A stretch of DNA of 64,000 nt, taken from positions 1,701,601 to 1,765,600 of the forward strand of contig OY839116.1 of NCBI GenBank assembly GCA_963692775.1. Reading direction: 5' to 3'. Of this stretch, positions 62,186-64,000 are shown in pieces (position 1 is the first letter of the stretch; each line of letters begins with the position of its first letter). A model generated the notes under the pieces. The model had not been told where the DNA came from and searched no databases. It saw nothing but the letters and a program-made list of their open reading frames with translations. The stretch is from Dehalococcoidia bacterium. Lineage in GTDB: Bacteria; Chloroflexota; Dehalococcoidia; UBA2979. The position numbers were made by a program, and so were the translations under genes.

Positions 62186-64000
62186 TTAGGGTTCAACGGC
62201 AGGTTGATGCACGTGGCGCTCCGCTGAGACTGGCTCTACTTCGATCCCGTCGTCGCGACCCCTCCGCGTCAACTCAAAGTGACGGGTGAGTTCGCCGAAG
62301 GTAGCTGTCACCTCCGCGAGCCCTGAAGCCGTGAGTACCACCGCGTAGCCATCGGCCTGCGTGTCGTCGAACACTGGACCGGAGCGGCCCCACCACCCAT
62401 CGACCCAATAGATGGTCTCGACCGCGAGTTCGCCGCCGGCTGTGTGCCAGCGCCCGGGAGCATTCGAGTCCGCCACCCATTCGAGTGAAGCCGCGAACTC
62501 GGGGCGGAAAGCTAGCCAATCCCCGCGAACGTCGTGGGACCACCAGACTCCTTCGTTCTCGAGAACCAACGGCTCTCCGCTCTTTGGCCGGACCATCACC
62601 GAGGGCGTCATGAGATCTCGGAGAACCATCGGGCGACCGAGGGAAAAAACCCGGTCGTCGATAGGTTGAGCACTCCCAACCGTCGTGCCGCACGTCAAGT
62701 GCTCCGTGAGATGCTCCCAATTCAGGATCTCGAGCCGGCTCTTGGCGCCGACGACGATCCGGTCCTCACGCGTGGACGCCCCGACGTACTCGTCAATTCG
62801 AGCCTCGACTCCACCTAACCATCCGTCGAGTCCCTTATCGACTCTGGCGGCTGGCGGCCTAGGCACCACGTCAGGACGCTCCGCGGGTGTCCTGCACAGG
62901 ATGTCGACATCGACCGAACGGAGAAGGTGGCGAATGTGCTGCGGGGCCCTGTCGAGCAGACCGGCATCACTGAGGTCCGACACGACTCGCCCGAACGCGG
63001 CGCGCGACGCAGCGAAGCCCTCGAGCGTGTATAGGTGCTGGGCGCGCGAGGCTTGAAGGGCCTTCACGACGGCCTCCTGGTCAGGGAGCACATCCAGCGC
63101 CTCCTGCCGATAGTTGGTCGCGACAGCGAGCAACGCATCGAGCGCTAGGCCGATACGGGCCGCAAGTATCTCGTAGAGCCATTCGTACGGCGCCAGGACG
63201 TCGGGATCGGGCCCCTCGATACTCGGCAGATCGAGGCCGTAGCCAGCATGCAAAGCCCGGTATAGCCTCGCTGGCTTTTCAGCAGCGAGGTCGCGGATGA
63301 CGTGACTGGGGTGTCCCGCCAACGTGCGCTCGAGTGGCTCGAGCGTCGCGGGGGTCACGAATCCGTCCGTGAATCTCGCTCCTGCGAGGCAACGGCCAGC
63401 GCGCTCAAGGATGTCGTCACTGGCGCCGGGCTGCGCGAATCGGCCGAGCGCCTCCGCAGTCTCGGTGTTTCCGGCCACGAGGGCTCGGATGACCACCGTA
63501 GTCGCCGCGTCGCGAATGAGCGTGGCCGGGTGCGAGAGGTGTCCGACCGCGAGTTCGGCCAGTGCTGCCGCAGGGCCAATCTCAATGCCGGGCGCGCGGC
63601 GATCGGAGGTCGGCGGCAGTAGCCACCAACGACAACCATGATCCGTTAGGACATCCGGGTTGCCCAACTCGAGAGGCTCCGCCATCCCGTCGAGGTAGGC
63701 CCGAATTTCGGGCCAGACGGAGCTGGCGGTAAGAGAGGGATCGAGTGCCTCCGCGATGTCTTGGAAATCCGACAGGAGTAGCCCCGGAACCCATCTGTTG
63801 CTGATGGCCTGACGGACAAGATCTTGACAGGCAGCCACCTGCTCCTCCGGGCCGCCCAGTCGCACAGCAATGGCTGCGGCTCGGCGCCTGGCGCCGCCCC
63901 CGTAGTACCCCCAAGCGTCACCCGGAGCTCCCTCAAAGGCCCCGGTCGCGAGTCGGCGTGCCGTGTCGCGATCACCGTTGTGCTCCGCGGCCTCGGCGAG
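62186..64000 (-). CDS. C-terminal part of a large lower-GC protein, possibly STAND/NACHT ATPase-associated
   Basis: Frame open to the window edge (LAEAAEH...WGYYGGGARR); helical repeat-like region then WLAFRP...W...GRW...VET..W.DG. Confidence 0.6.
   Translation of the reverse strand, partial: LAEAAEHNGDRDTARRLATGAFEGAPGDAWGYYGGGARRRAAAIAVRLGGPEEQVAACQDLVRQAISNRWVPGLLLSDFQDIAEALDPSLTASSVWPEIRAYLDGMAEPLELGNPDVLTDHGCRWWLLPPTSDRRAPGIEIGPAAALAELAVGHLSHPATLIRDAATTVVIRALVAGNTETAEALGRFAQPGASDDILERAGRCLAGARFTDGFVTPATLEPLERTLAGHPSHVIRDLAAEKPARLYRALHAGYGLDLPSIEGPDPDVLAPYEWLYEILAARIGLALDALLAVATNYRQEALDVLPDQEAVVKALQASRAQHLYTLEGFAASRAAFGRVVSDLSDAGLLDRAPQHIRHLLRSVDVDILCRTPAERPDVVPRPPAARVDKGLDGWLGGVEARIDEYVGASTREDRIVVGAKSRLEILNWEHLTEHLTCGTTVGSAQPIDDRVFSLGRPMVLRDLMTPSVMVRPKSGEPLVLENEGVWWSHDVRGDWLAFRPEFAASLEWVADSNAPGRWHTAGGELAVETIYWVDGWWGRSGPVFDDTQADGYAVVLTASGLAEVTATFGELTRHFELTRRGRDDGIEVEPVSAERHVHQPAVEP

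Overview
Very GC-rich bacterial chromosome segment. The L34 sequence, gene set and CaiB/thiolase-rich metabolism suggest Chloroflexota, Dehalococcoidia-like, possibly host- or sponge-associated (inference). Core genes: rpmH-rnpA-yidD-PQQ propeller-yidC-jag-pfkB-parA-parB with a perfect parS site, katG, acyl-CoA catabolism, larBCE beside glcDEF, yitJ, lysA-holB-ricT, and the tRNA-Thr/Tyr/Thr-tuf-rpmG-secE-nusG-rplKAJL cluster. Accessory content: an IS110 element, a 1.4-kaa FN3 protein, MNT-HEPN and VapBC toxin-antitoxin modules, a lower-GC DUF3883 islet, and the 3' end of a large lower-GC protein. Strongest hidden signals: (1) a complete IS110 inserted at a CT core in a palindromic repeat, whose non-coding end carries all four bridge-RNA-like guide segments and forms a promoter on circularisation; (2) a peroxiredoxin with an in-frame UGA at the catalytic Cys position (likely selenoprotein, truncated in the ORF track); (3) a YidC with a roughly 65-aa C2H2/DUF1059-like insertion in its cytoplasmic loop; (4) a fused MNT-HEPN ORF with an internal RBS and start. 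All calls were made by eye, without database searches.
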